From positions 186,001 to 250,000 of the forward strand of contig JAPMXV010000032.1 of NCBI GenBank assembly GCA_026936335.1: 64,000 bases of DNA. Direction: 5' to 3'. The notes beneath the pieces are model-generated. The model made no database searches, was not told where the DNA came from, and worked only from the letters and a program-made list of their open reading frames with translations. Made by a program: the position numbers and the translations under genes. The stretch is from Mantamonas sphyraenae STR306. Lineage: Eukaryota > Protista > CRuMs. Below, in pieces: positions 45,998-56,817 of this stretch (its first letter is position 1; each line of letters opens with the position of its first letter).

Positions 45998-48900
45998 ATG
46001 AGCGAGACCAAGGGGTACCTCATGAAGATTGGCAAAAAGTCAAAGAAACGGTGGTTTCGGCTGTCTGCGGACGGCACGCTGTTTGTGTTTAAGCAGGAGG
46101 ACGAGGCGGAGAACGTGGGCGAGATCCCGCTGGCGGGGTCGACTATTGACTTTGCAGACGCAGAGATGTCCATTACGGTGCAGCAAGAAGGGGTGGAGTT
46201 GGTCATGAGTGCCACAGAGGCGGAGGACTACAAAATGTGGAAGAGCGCGTTCTCGGTAAGTAGAAAGGCGGGCGGGAGGGCTTTGGGTAAAGTGGGCACC
46301 CATTGACACGAAAGCCTGGACAATTGGCGGTGGTCCTGCAGGCGTATGGCGGGTCAAACAGTGACTCGGGTGCCACGGTTTTGAAGAAGGGTATGCTGGC
46401 GAGGCATGGAAAGAAAGTCAAGACGAGGTTCTTCCGGGTGACGAACGAATCGCTGGAGATTTACAAAGCGGAAGGGGTAGGTTGGCCAAGTATGGCGGGG
46501 GAGGGTCAGGCGTACAGAGAAACACGCATGCGGGGACTTTTACCATGTACAGTGAGGTTGTATTAAGGTGGGGGGATTACAGGAGGTACTGACGACGTGT
46601 ATGGTGCGCTGAAACACAGGGAGACCTGGTTGGGAATCTGCCGCTCGAGAATGTGACGGTGACGTTGGACGAGAGCTCAAATGCGATGACAGTGGCCGAT
46701 CCAGAGGGGAACGAGGTGATTGCAAGCGCAGATACATTGGACGAGATTAAGGAATGGGTGGCGTGCATCCGAAAGGCGACCGGAGCGGATGACGAGGCCG
46801 AGGCAGCAGCCAAGAAGGCTGAGGAGGAAGCAGCAGCAGCAGCAGCAGCAAAGAAGGCTGAAGAGGAGGCTGCAGCAGCAAAGAAGGCTGAAGAGGAGGC
46901 TGCAGCAGCAAAGAAGGCTGAGGAAGAGGCAGCAGCAGCAGCAAAGAAGCTGAAGAGGAGCAGCAGCAGCAGCAGCAGCAGAAGAAGGCTGAAGAGGAGG
47001 CAGCAGCCAAGAAGAAGGCTGAGGAGGAGGCTGCAGCCAAGAAGAAGGCTGAAGAGGAGGCAGCAGCCAGAAGCAGAGGAGGAAGCAGCAGCAGCAAAGA
47101 AGGCTGAAGGCAGCAGCAGCAGCAGCAGCAGCAAAGAAGGCTGAAGAGGAGGCTGCAGCCAAGAAGAAGGCTGAGGAGGAGGCAGCAGCGGCAGCAAAGA
47201 AGGCTGAAGAGGAGGCAGCAGCAAAGAAGAAGGCTGAAGAGGAGGCAGCAGCAGCAGCAGCAGCAAAGAAGGCTGAAGAGGAAGCAGCAGCAGCAAAGAA
47301 GGCTGAGGAGGAGGCTGCAGCCAAGAAGAAGGCTGAAGAGGAGGCAGCAGCCAAGAAGAAGGCAGAGGAGGAAGCAGCAGCAGCAAAGAAGGCTGAAGAG
47401 GAGGCAGCAGCAGCAGCAGCAGCAAAGAAGGCTGAAGAGGAGGCTGCAGCCAAGAAGAAGGCTGAGGAAGCAGCAGCGGCAGCAAAGAAGGCTGAAGAGG
47501 AGGCTGCAGCAGCAAAGAAGGCTGAAGAGGAAGCAGCAGCAGCAAAGAAGGCTGAAGAGGAAGCTGCAGCAAAGAAGAAGGCTGAAGAAGAGGCTGCAGC
47601 CAAGAAGAAGGCTGAAGAGGAAGCTGCAGCAAATAAGAAGGCTGAGGAGGAGGCTGCAGCAGCAAAGAAGGCTGAGGAGGAAGCTGCAGCAAAGAAGAAG
47701 GCTGAGGAGGAGGCTGCAGCAAAGAAGAAGGCTGAAGAGGAGGCAGCAGCAAAGAAGAAGGCCGAGGATGAGGCATCAGCAGCCAAGAAGAAGGCTGAGA
47801 AGGAAGCTGCAGCCAAGGACAAACATGCTCCGACTTCACCATCCACAGCGGAGACCTCGGCAAACAAGTCGGCGATGCGCACGTCGTCGAGCAAGAAGAA
47901 AAAGTCGGTGTCGGTGTCATTCAACAGCTCTGTGCAGGAGGAACGGGTGGAAGCATCCAAGTACGACTTTGAGGGGACACTGTTCAAGCATAGTGCGCAG
48001 GACAACAAGTTCAAGAAGCGGTTCTACGTGCTGAGCCCGAGCACAGCGGAGCTCAAATGCTACAAGGACGATTCCCGGCAGAAGCAGCTGCCTCCCATTC
48101 CCTTGCGCAACGCACAGCTGTGGATCAACGACACACGTGTCACCCCAGACAGCGAGCATCTGCGAAACAACAAGTGGGAGTTCACCATTGTACACATGGA
48201 CCAGCGCTACAGACTGCGCGCGGTGGACATTGCCTCGTTCGTAGAGTGGCGCGATCTGCTTACAGAGTACCTGGCTGAGGTGCAGTCGCTTGAACCCGAG
48301 CAGGACAATGGCACGACACAAAGCAGCGACGACCAAGGTGCCTCCAGCTCTCGGCCAGCAGCAAGCAGCCGCGGAGGCAACGAGGGCAGCCGTGGAAGCA
48401 GTAGCGGTGGCTCGTCCATTCCCTATCTGTCAGACCAGCAAGTGCGATCCATCCAGACGGGTTTTCGTGACTGGCGTGCGCGCAAGGAGCAGCGCGACCT
48501 AGCTGCGAGCAAGTTGAGTCCACAGACTACGGCGGCGATTCAAGAAGCCCAGCAGGCAAAGAGCTCTCTCCTGAACCTGTCCAACCAGAACATCGACCAC
48601 TTCCCTGTGCAGGTCGCGCAGCAGCACCAGCATCTGCTTGAACTCAACCTGCACGCAAACAACTTGCAGGTCATTCCTGCCCTTGCCGCAGCGCTGGGCA
48701 GGCTTGAACAGTTGGATCTGAGCAATAACCGTATCCAGGGCCTGTCGTCTGACATCAGCAATCTGCGCAACCTCAAGTATCTCAATCTGGAGCACAACGA
48801 GCTGCGCTTGCTGCCGCAATCCTTTGGCTACCTGTCGTCCCTGGAGGTGCTTGTGCTTTCGCACAACCAGTTGCAAAGCTTGCCTGCCACCATGCGCTTC

Positions 48901-50570
48901 ATGTCCAACCTGCGCTCACTGTTTCTCACCCACAACCTGCTGGACGTGCTGCCCGGCGAAGTGTCCACCATGAGCAGCCTCAGTGAACTCGTGCTGGACA
49001 GCAACCAGATCACCTCGCTGCCAGACTCGCTGTCGCGTCTGGACTCGCTCACACAGCTGTCCTTGAGCGACAACCAGCTGCATAGTCTGCCGCACGCGCT
49101 TTTCCAAATCGACACGCTGAACAACCTGGACGTGTCGCACAACCAGCTTGGCTCGCTACCGAGCGCCATCAACAACTTGGATGCCCTCACCAACCTCAAC
49201 GTGTCGTACAATGCACTGAAATCTCTTCCCGAACAACTGGGCGAGCTGTCCATGCTGGCCAAGCTCAACGTGTGCCAAAACCAAATCACGCAGCTGCCGT
49301 GGTCCATGGCCAAGCTGGGCATGCTTGTGTGGACCAATTGCTCTGAAAACCCGCTGATCATCATCCGTCAGCGGACGAGGTGGATCTGGAAGACGCCCAG
49401 GAGCTGGTGTCGTGGATGCGAACTCATGGCCCGCTGAACGCAACCATGCACACAGCGCTGCAGAAAGCCAAGGTCAACCGTGGCGAGGCTTTGGAACTGG
49501 CCAACTTTAAGGGCTTGCTCCTGCCTGTGGAGGAGGTGATGCAGATGCCTTGGTTGGAGCGGCTGGACTTGAGCAACAACGGCATCGAGCGGTTGCCCGA
49601 TTCCATTGGCAACTTGGAACTGCTGACGTCGCTGAATCTGACCTTCAACAACCTGACGAGTTTGCCACAGGCGTTGTTTGACCTGCGTGCACTGCGCTTC
49701 CTGAACCTGGGCGGCAACCAGCTGCGTGAGGTACCGGAAGCGCTGGGCCAACTCTCTGAGCTGGAGGAGCTGTACCTGTCGCACAACCAGCTGGAATCGC
49801 TGGGTGACGCGGTGTACAGTCTTTCGCAGCTGCGCGTGCTCTATGCAGACAACAATCAGATCGGAAAGCTGTCCAAACACGTGTGCCAACTGGAAAACCT
49901 GGAGCAACTGGCACTGTTCTGCAACCAGCTGCGCTCCGTGCCCAAGGAGATTGGCCAATTGGTCAAGTTGGACACTCTTGCTCTGAACGGCAACTTTCTG
50001 AGCAAGCTGCCCGTTGAGATCGGCTTGTTGGCAGAGCTGCGCACCCTTCACCTGTCCGACAACGAGCTGGTGGAGCTTCCTCCCAGCGTGGCCCAATTGA
50101 CTTCCCTGAACATGCTGTCTCTGTACCAAAACGAGTTGCAAGAGGTGCCCGAGTGTGTGCTGCAGCTTTCGGAGCTGCGCCATTTGTTCTTGGGAGCGAA
50201 CCACATCCGCGAGGTGCCGCCGGCGTTGGGGGATATGCCATCGCTGATGGTGCTGGACATGGACGAGAATGAGCTGAGCACAGAGTGGACCATTGTGGTG
50301 GGCAAGGGAGTCGACGCGGTGCGCAAGTACCTTGCTGGCGACGAGTCACAGGCCGAGCCCATACAGCCTATGCGGCGTGGACATTCGGATTCGTGGCTGG
50401 ACATGAGCCTGGAGTTGATGGACCAGGCGCTGGATTCGGCCTCGGAGCTCGCCGGCCAGGCGTACGCCGCCGTGGAGGAGCAGGGACGTGAGTACGGCTT
50501 GGAATTGCCCTCCAGCTCGGCGTCCAGCAACAAGAGCTCCACCAGCACACAGTTTGCGAGCAGTTCGTAG
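45998..50570 (+). CDS. PH-PH-(AEEEAAAAKK)n-PH-IQ-LRR-LRR multidomain protein (frame breaks in this assembly)
   Basis: Exons 45998-46255, 46342-46476 and 46620 onward. PH domains: KGYLMKIGKKSKKRWF..W, KKGML..KTRFF..EWV and FEGTLFK..FKKRFYVL..EW. IQ-like IQTGFRDWRAR. Two LxLxxNxL LRR blocks (about 48560-49360 and 49480-50330). Frame breaks in the repeat and near 49364. Confidence 0.78.
46800..47820 (+). repeat. Coding minisatellite, ~30-bp unit encoding KKAEEEAAAA/KKKAEEEAAA
   Basis: Repeated AAGAAGGCTGAAGAGGAGGCTGCAGCAGCA-like units with variable GCA runs. Confidence 0.95.
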
Positions 50571-50795
50571 GGGTTTGATTTCAATTTGTCGAGAGAAATG
50601 CAATGAACCATCATGGACTGGATCCTGCCGGCGCGCACTCTGCACCACGACAAACAGGCCATTCACTGACCCAATGGACATCGAGGAGACCACAGTGGCA
50701 CAAGTGTCGCCCAGCACAGGTAGGGAAGGTGTTGAGATGTACAAACCGGCCACGGCAGGCCGTGTCCAGAGGGGAGGGAGCGTGCACTGACACTC

Positions 50796-50814
50796 GCGGG
50801 AAATTGGCGCCAAA
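50796..50814. promoter_or_regulatory. Paired E2F-type sites upstream of DNA primase
   Basis: GCGGGAAA (reverse complement TTTCCCGC) at 50796-50803 and GCGCCAAA (reverse complement TTTGGCGC) at 50807-50814 both match TTTSSCGC, about 50-65 bp before the PRIM1 ATG. Confidence 0.6.
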
Positions 50815-50861
50815 AAAAAAAATTGCGGGCCACCCCAGCCGCAGCGCGCAAGCAGGCGAGC

Positions 50862-52490
50862 ATGGAGACAGAGAGTGCCGGGGAGAAGCAAGATGTGGAG
50901 GAGGTTGGCGTGGCAGCGTCGTCTCCGATCAAGGAGAAGAGCGTGCGAGGACGGGAGGAGGAAGCCGGGGAGGAAGAAGAGGTGGAACTGGGCGAGGCGG
51001 TGGGTGATGAGCACAAGGGCAAAAAACTGAAGTACGACGTCAGCACGCGACACAACATGGGAGGAAAGTCGGGAGAGAGTGAAACGGCCGGTGTAGATGA
51101 GGACGCGTCGGAGACAAGCATGGACACATCGTCTGCAAGGACATTGGCCTCGAGCGCGACACTGATCACAGAGCTGGATGTCAAGTCGGACTCTACGGTC
51201 CTGGGCATGTACTACAAGCGCGTGTTCCCCGCCGAGTTGATTGTGCAGTGGCTGGGCTACGGAGACCAGGAGTACTGGCGCAAGCGAGAGGTGGCGTACG
51301 AGCTGAAGAGGGGCAACGAGTCACTGGTGACGCGTTTTAACTCGTACCCGAGCGTGGAGGAGTTCAGCGCGTACCTGTGCCGTGCGACACCGCTGAAGAT
51401 CGATTACGGAGCTGTGTACTCATACCCGCCTGCGGAGAAGCTGAACATCAGCGCCGCAGCATTCCAGGCCAAGGAGAAGGAGCTTGTTTTTGACATTGAT
51501 CTGACAGACTACGACGACGTGCGCACGTGCTGCTCAGAGGCACGTGTGTGTGCCAAATGCTGGGGCCTGATGGCCAACGCAGTCAAGGTGATGGACATGA
51601 CGCTTCGCGAAGACTTTGGGTTTGAACACCTTCTGTGGGTGTTTTCGGGCCGACGTGGTGTGCATTGCTGGGTAAGCGACGAGCGAGCTCGCAAGATGGG
51701 AGACGACAGCCGTGCAATCATTGCCGAGAACATGCAGGTGGTGGAGGGAGGAGAAAAGGTGGAGGAGATCCGAGGTCTGCTGTCGCACTATGCGCTGCAG
51801 CGTGCGTTTGAGGTGCTGGACCCGTTCTTTGACCGCTTCGTGGTGGAGCAAAACCTTTTGACGCCGCACAACGAGAACGAAGAGAGCAAGATGAAGCTGT
51901 TGATGGCCATGATCCCGGACTCGGACACACGCGAGGCCCTGGAGGAGCATTTCAGCACGGAACCGGAAGAGCGGATCGACGGCCTGGCGCGATGGAATAC
52001 GATCAAAAAGACGTGTCTGTCGCAAGCTGATAGCTTGGAAGAGGAAGGGGCCATGGAGGACAAGTACATGGCCAAGAAGCTGCGCGAGTGCCTGCGCCTG
52101 ATTGTGTTTCGCTTCACGTACCCGAAACTGGATATCGAGGTGAGCAAGAAGGTGAACCATTTGCTGAAGAGTCCGTTTTGTGTGCATCCCAAGACGATGA
52201 AGGTGTGTGTGCCTCTCAACGTGGCCACTGTGGACGAGTTTGACACCGAGACAGTGCCGACGATTGTGGACTGCATCAATGCGCTCCAGACGTACGGAAC
52301 ATCGTCGTCGTCGTCGTCGTCGTCGATGCAACAGGACGGCGATGTGGCCGATGTGGACAAGACCCCGCTGAAGGATTATGTGCAGGCGTTCAAGACTGAG
52401 TTTCTGCGTCCGCTGATCAGCCAGGAGCGACTGCGCCGTGCTTCCAAGGCCAAGGTTGAGGCGACATCGTCGTCGAGCACAGAGTGGTGA
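50862..52490 (+). CDS. PRIM1: DNA primase small (catalytic) subunit
   Basis: KELVFDIDLTDYDDVRTCC, WVFSGRRGVHCWV and NHLLKSPFCVHPKT; acidic N-terminal extension. Confidence 0.96.
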   Translation: METESAGEKQDVEEVGVAASSPIKEKSVRGREEEAGEEEEVELGEAVGDEHKGKKLKYDVSTRHNMGGKSGESETAGVDEDASETSMDTSSARTLASSATLITELDVKSDSTVLGMYYKRVFPAELIVQWLGYGDQEYWRKREVAYELKRGNESLVTRFNSYPSVEEFSAYLCRATPLKIDYGAVYSYPPAEKLNISAAAFQAKEKELVFDIDLTDYDDVRTCCSEARVCAKCWGLMANAVKVMDMTLREDFGFEHLLWVFSGRRGVHCWVSDERARKMGDDSRAIIAENMQVVEGGEKVEEIRGLLSHYALQRAFEVLDPFFDRFVVEQNLLTPHNENEESKMKLLMAMIPDSDTREALEEHFSTEPEERIDGLARWNTIKKTCLSQADSLEEEGAMEDKYMAKKLRECLRLIVFRFTYPKLDIEVSKKVNHLLKSPFCVHPKTMKVCVPLNVATVDEFDTETVPTIVDCINALQTYGTSSSSSSSSMQQDGDVADVDKTPLKDYVQAFKTEFLRPLISQERLRRASKAKVEATSSSSTEW

Positions 52491-52567
52491 GCAATGGACA
52501 CATGGACATGGGTGCAAGGGAAATGGAAGGCAATTGCATTCAGATGTGTGGATGGTGTTGGCAGCTC

Positions 52568-54498
52568 TCAAGAAAAGTTCAGTTGCGAATTGCGGTTCTT
52601 GGCGACCTCCATCTCGGCACGACTGGAGGGATAGACTTCGACCCAGCGGTTGCCAAGGTACTCGCGGTGCTTCTTGAGAGCGAGCTGGGCGTCCTCGGCA
52701 GAGGCAAACTGCACAAAGCCCTTGCCCGAGGGCCGGCCGCTGCTCTCTTTGGTGAGCAGGATGCCGTCGTCGGCGACAGTGAGACCCGAAACTGTGGACG
52801 AAACGGTGAGGCCAAGGGTGTCAGTCACACAAGCGGGGTGAGGGAGGAGAGGTCGGCCAGGACGGCAGGCCAGGGAGGTGGGAAGCAAACACGTACAAAA
52901 ATCGCGGATATCTTGCTCGGTTGCACTGTAGATGAGGCCACGCATGCGGACGACATCAAAGGGGTCCTTTTTCCGTGTGCTGCTGCTTGCCTCTGGAGTT
53001 GTTGTGCTACTGGTGCTCTTGTTGCTTGCAGAGGCGCTGTCCATTGTTGCGTCGCTGCAGCGGAAGACCTCGACCCATCGAGTGCCCATGTAATGCTTGT
53101 GATAGCCAAGGGCCTTGTCTGCGTCCTGAGGGGTGATGAAACGCACGTAGGCGTCACCGGAAGCGCGGCCCTGGGGATTGAGCACAAAGACAACACCCGC
53201 GTTCTCATAGCTCTCGTCGACGGCGAGGCCATCAAAGAACTTGAGGACGTCGTCGCCTGTGGCCTTCCAGGGCAGGCCGCGAAGGTGCACGGAGCGAGAC
53301 TCGCTGGTTTCACCGGCCGAGCTCTTCTTGGCGCTGTGCATGGCTTTGCTCTCCTCGGATTGCATCGTGCGCGTGAACTTGTCTGGCACAGCCTCGGGAT
53401 CACCAAACTGGTAGCCTGTAGCAGAAGTGTGAAGAGGCAATGCGGGGGTGGGTCGAGGGTGAGGAATGTGTGAGCGACAGTGACGAGTGGGGTGGAGAGT
53501 GCGAGCGTGGAGGCGTACCGTCTGTGAGCATGGTTTTGATGACGGACGCCAGCAGCACACAGGTGCGCATGGCTCCCCTGTACTGGCTGGGCACCGGTAT
53601 ACGCAAATCTAAAGGCGAGGGGAGATGTGTGGAGGTGGGAGAGGGTGTGAGCGAGAGGGGCGGGGCGGGCCAAGAGGCAGGCGAGACGCGGAAGAGGGAA
53701 CGCACAATGGACCATGGAGAACAAGTCGCGCAGAATGGACTCTGACTGAGGGTAGCACGCTTCAAACTCCTTCTTCAGATCGTAATACATGCCAAAGTGG
53801 CTCTTGTCCAGTTCAATGCCTGTGTGAGGATGCGTGTGAGCGTGTGGATGCGGTTGAACAAAGGGCGAACCCAAGAATGACTCGACAGCTGTCCGTGCAC
53901 ACCCGTCCATGCAAGGACGAACCATCCACACGGCTGGACAGGAAGGGGGAACGGGCCAGGGTGTGAAGGAGACGGTGGTGGCCAAATGCAACGTGGACGT
54001 ACCCTTCATCTGTGCTTCCCCGTGCAGAGACTGCAGCCAGCCCTCGTAGGCGTCGTCGGTGACGACGCAGAAGGACTTGCCCAAGCTGCTCAAGCGACTA
54101 CAGGTGGCGTCAAACTGTGCAGAGATGGGGTGTGAAGGGAGGGCGTGCGTAGGGTGGTGGTGGGTGAGCTTTTGCGGGGAAAGTGATGTTGATGTGACGG
54201 AGAGAGGGACTGCGAAACGCACATCGCTGACGACTTCCTCGAGAACCTTGCCTCGGCTGTCCAGCTGGCGCTGGGAGATGCCTGTGACGGAGGTGCAGTA
54301 TGCAGTGAGCTCCGGGTTCCATTCGGGCATGACAAACGAGCCGCCCGTGCTGAGAGCACCAAGAGAGTTGATGTCCAGCACGACCCAGCGGAACTCGATG
54401 ATTTCGCTGTTATCCTGTGTGACCACAGGATCGTCGCCGTCGTCGGCTGTGTATTCAAAGGCACAGATGATGAACACGTCCACGTCGTTTGTCGTCAT
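52568..54498 (-). CDS. ESRP/Fusilli-like RNA-binding protein: degenerate DEDDh exonuclease domain plus two hnRNP F/H-type qRRMs
   Basis: Exons 54498-54223, 54114-54003, 53819-53706, 53608-53519, 53415-52897 and 52791-52568. ERI-like CAFEYT...EIIEF...LT.YCTSVTGISQ..LD; qRRMs LRGLPWKAT..DV.KFF...GRASGDAYVRF...MGTRWVEVF and VVRMRGL...GRPSGKGFVQF...LGNRWVEVY. Confidence 0.8.
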
Positions 54499-54729
54499 CT
54501 GCACTGCGCAAAAAACCCCTTTGCAAATTTCCTGGCCACAACGGCGCAGAGGTGTGCACATCTCGGTGGCAAGGATCTCCGTGTGCAAGAGATGCATGCA
54601 CAAGCTGTAAGGAATCAGGAATGGGAGTGTGCGAAGCAATGCCAATGGTCGCCAGAGGGGCCCTTTGCGCGTTCGCAGCCAACTTGTTCTCACGCGACAC
54701 CCCTTTTTGGTTTCCTTTGGCACAGCAGG

Positions 54730-55698
54730 ATGAGCAGCACAGACGAGCGCCCCAGGAGCTGGGTGTCCAAAAGCGACGAGCGTAAGCTGCGCGAGAGTGC
54801 GCAAAAGCCGGCGAGCAAGTTCAAGATCAACCGCAAGCGGCGGACGCTGTCGTACACGCTGCAGCTGCATCATGTGCCAGAAAACATGGTGTATGTGGAC
54901 GTGAGCGAGAAGCAACTGCTTGTGCACACACTGAAGCACGCGCGCAAGTACTACTACCGGGTGGCGCACCCGGACGGGATTGTGGTGGACGAACGGTCCG
55001 CCTCGAGCGAACGGCGTGGCAACACGGTGGAAATCCGCATGGACATCACAGAGGCGCCGTGGGACGAGGAAGCACGCGCAGCGGCAGAGGCAGCAGCGGC
55101 AGCAGAGGCGGCAGCGGCTGAGGCGCCTGTGAAGAAGCCGTTGACGAAGAAGCAGAAGCAGAAGGACAAGGAGCGGCGCATTCGCGAAGCCAAGGCGGCC
55201 AAAAAGGCAAAGAAGAACGGAAAGGGCAAGGGGATGGCGGAATCCGGGAGCAACGATGGCGAGGCGTCGTCGAGTACAAAGGCAAAGGGAAGCAAAAAGC
55301 AGGGGTTGAGCCAGGACGCGGCGCTGGCGTTGGCGGAAGACATTGGGGCCGAACAGGCCGCGGCGGCCAAGGAGAAGCTGGCAAAGGACGCAGCGAAGCA
55401 GGAGTGGATCCGCATCCAAGAACGAAAGCAGGCGCAGCGCAAGGCAAAGAAAGATGCAGCGCGGGATGAGGAGCGCGAGCTGTTGGAGCGAAAGGCACTG
55501 AAGCGGCTGAGCAAGAAGGCGAAGCGCAAGGTGGAGGAGATTGTGGAGCATGTGGTGACGCCGTCGGGCCAACAGGAGGAAGTGAACGAGGATGCAGAGG
55601 CGGAGGAGGCGCTTGGTGCTCGCAAGAGCGGAAGCAAGGGCAAGAAGAAGCGAGTGGTTCGATTCGAAGTGAAGCGAAGGAGGAAATCCAAGGCGTGA
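54730..55698 (+). CDS. Hypothetical protein: CS/HSP20-like beta-sandwich N-terminus plus Lys/Glu-rich tail
   Basis: Clean ORF; the N-terminal pattern L..VP...V.VDV....L.V.T....RKYY......P suggests a CS/PIH1/DPCD-like fold; highly charged C-terminus. Confidence 0.55.
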   Translation: MSSTDERPRSWVSKSDERKLRESAQKPASKFKINRKRRTLSYTLQLHHVPENMVYVDVSEKQLLVHTLKHARKYYYRVAHPDGIVVDERSASSERRGNTVEIRMDITEAPWDEEARAAAEAAAAAEAAAAEAPVKKPLTKKQKQKDKERRIREAKAAKKAKKNGKGKGMAESGSNDGEASSSTKAKGSKKQGLSQDAALALAEDIGAEQAAAAKEKLAKDAAKQEWIRIQERKQAQRKAKKDAARDEERELLERKALKRLSKKAKRKVEEIVEHVVTPSGQQEEVNEDAEAEEALGARKSGSKGKKKRVVRFEVKRRRKSKA

Positions 55699-55780
55699 AC
55701 GGGTTTTGAGGGGGGGTCGTGATACAGGGGGAAATGGAGCGTTGTTGACTGAGGTGTTTGTTAATTGTGCGTGCAAACTG

Positions 55781-56248
55781 TCATGTGAGGAGAAATGTGC
55801 CACGGCCATCTTTGATTTCGAGGCGGACGCGGCACTGGAGGACGTCGCCGAGCTGGACCATCCAAGAAGCTTGGCAATAGGCGATGAAAGAGTTGCGCTG
55901 GAAGGAGGTTGTCCATGCGAGGGCCTGGTTGAGGTCGTCGATCATGGGGGCCAGCGAGTCGGGCAACGACGTCTTGGTCTCCTTGACGAGAGCATGCACG
56001 CGGTCGCCAGCAAGGGTGTCCTCCTTGGCGTCGGTGTCAAAGATATGGTGCACCTGTGCCACGACGTCGTTGATTGTGTCGACGACTTGCCGCGGGTCCA
56101 GAAGGTCGGAGGCGCTGCTGGTGTCGTCGGAGCCCTCTGTGCCCTGCGCGTGGCTGCTGGCAACTGGTTTGAGGCGCAGCTCCAAGGGTGGCGTGGTGCC
56201 GCCCATACTGCGCAGGATGTGGTTGACTCGTTTGATCGCCACAGACAT
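55781..56248 (-). CDS. Hypothetical protein (~155 aa)
   Basis: ORF MSVAIKRVNHILRSMGG...GTFLLT directly follows a pyrimidine-rich CAG acceptor; no in-frame upstream coding exon found; no family recognised. Confidence 0.4.
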   Translation of the reverse strand: MSVAIKRVNHILRSMGGTTPPLELRLKPVASSHAQGTEGSDDTSSASDLLDPRQVVDTINDVVAQVHHIFDTDAKEDTLAGDRVHALVKETKTSLPDSLAPMIDDLNQALAWTTSFQRNSFIAYCQASWMVQLGDVLQCRVRLEIKDGRGTFLLT

Positions 56249-56817
56249 CTGGGTGCGGTGTGAGCGGCGGGAGACGGAAAGCAGGGGCAAACAGCGGTGT
56301 GCAGAACATGGAGAGGGCACATTCAAAGTCACGCAGGTTTGGGACACAAACACACGTCCCATGTGCACGATGGATGACTGCAAAAGCGCAGGTTGTGGCA
56401 GAGGCAGGGAACGCACGGGCACACTTCAGTTGCTGGGCGATGCGCCTGCCCGGCAGCAGCCAAATCAAATCCGCATCGACTCCACCTGTTGGAAAACGCC
56501 GCCAGCAAGCTCCTGATCGCATTGAAGTAATCCCGCGACAAGCACACGCAAGGAAACAAAACGGAACCGGATGTAGGTGGCGAGGGAAGAGGGGAAAAGA
56601 AAGCCGATTTGCGACGGAACCGCACTCGGACGCATGGGGGTACATAGAGACCTGTAGCACACACAAAACCGTGTGCAGCGGGTGGAATTTTATGTTTTCC
56701 GTGTGTGGAGGCGTTGAAGGAGTGGAGAAGAAATGCACAAGAAGCGGGGGGTGCGTGTGGGCTGACGCACAAATTTAAACGCGCGCGCAAATGGGCGGTG
56801 ATCTTTGGGCGGCACAG

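Noticed and set aside
46577-48014. Poly(LQP) and poly(AASSSAFF) ORFs on the - strand
   Set aside because: Reverse-complement readings of the KKAEEEAAAA minisatellite.
52825-55809. 994-aa - strand ORF read as one protein
   Set aside because: It is a chimera of sequence antisense to the 54730 gene, three in-frame ESRP-like exons and read-through introns.
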